NCBI GenBank assembly: GCA_001794055.1
Contig: MGJB01000012.1
Coordinates: 1,124 to 65,123, forward strand
Direction: 5' to 3'
Source of the DNA: Candidatus Yanofskybacteria bacterium RIFCSPHIGHO2_01_FULL_41_26
GTDB taxonomy: Bacteria; Patescibacteriota; Minisyncoccia; 2-02-FULL-40-12; GWA2-44-9
Length of the DNA stretch: 64,000 bases
Shown here one piece after another: positions 63,854-64,000 of the stretch (the first letter of the stretch is position 1; each line of letters opens with the position of its first letter). A model generated the notes under the pieces. It worked only from the letters and a program-made list of their open reading frames with translations. It was not told where the DNA came from and ran no database searches. The position numbers and the translations under genes are program-made.

Positions 63854-64000
63854 CGCGAGGCCTCCATCTTCAATTACCAAAAGAACTATAACAAAAAGGG
63901 TGGGTCTGTCAATCAAAAAGCGGTCGCCTTAGGCGACCGCCACCACCGACACTTTTTAAAAACGCCCCGCTTTGTAAATCTATATCCGTAGTATCAAATT

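Overview
A bacterial chromosome segment, most likely Patescibacteria/CPR (Parcubacteria-like). This is inferred from gene content, compact AT-rich housekeeping genes and intergenic palindromes. Housekeeping genes: obg, rpoD-dnaG, groES-groEL, a uvrC-like gene, secG, rnj, trpS, ychF, rpsF-ssb-rpsR, recA, ftsK, rpoB-rpoC, rodA, tRNA-Ser(GGA) and tRNA-Leu(CAG). Accessory secreted and envelope genes: a GWxTD-like protein, a peptidase/TolB/Omp85 fusion, an S55-like peptidase, and a MoxR-DUF58-vWA cluster in mxaRSACKL-like order that is divergent from a PQQ-type quinoprotein gene. The main feature is a diversity-generating retroelement (DGR) at about 32.0-34.8 kb with four unusual properties. (1) avd lies antisense between TR and RT, overlaps the RT start, and is frameshifted at a C9 tract. 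(2) 23 of 24 TR-to-VR changes are A-to-G. (3) A ~137-nt covarying structured element precedes TR. (4) That element recurs 7 kb away behind a second, paralogous target gene whose VR does not match this TR. Also seen: a missed Cys-rich secreted ORF with an in-frame amber codon, boxA-like motifs before accessory genes, in-frame palindromic insertions in core genes, and several structured repeat families. All alignments and counts were done by eye.
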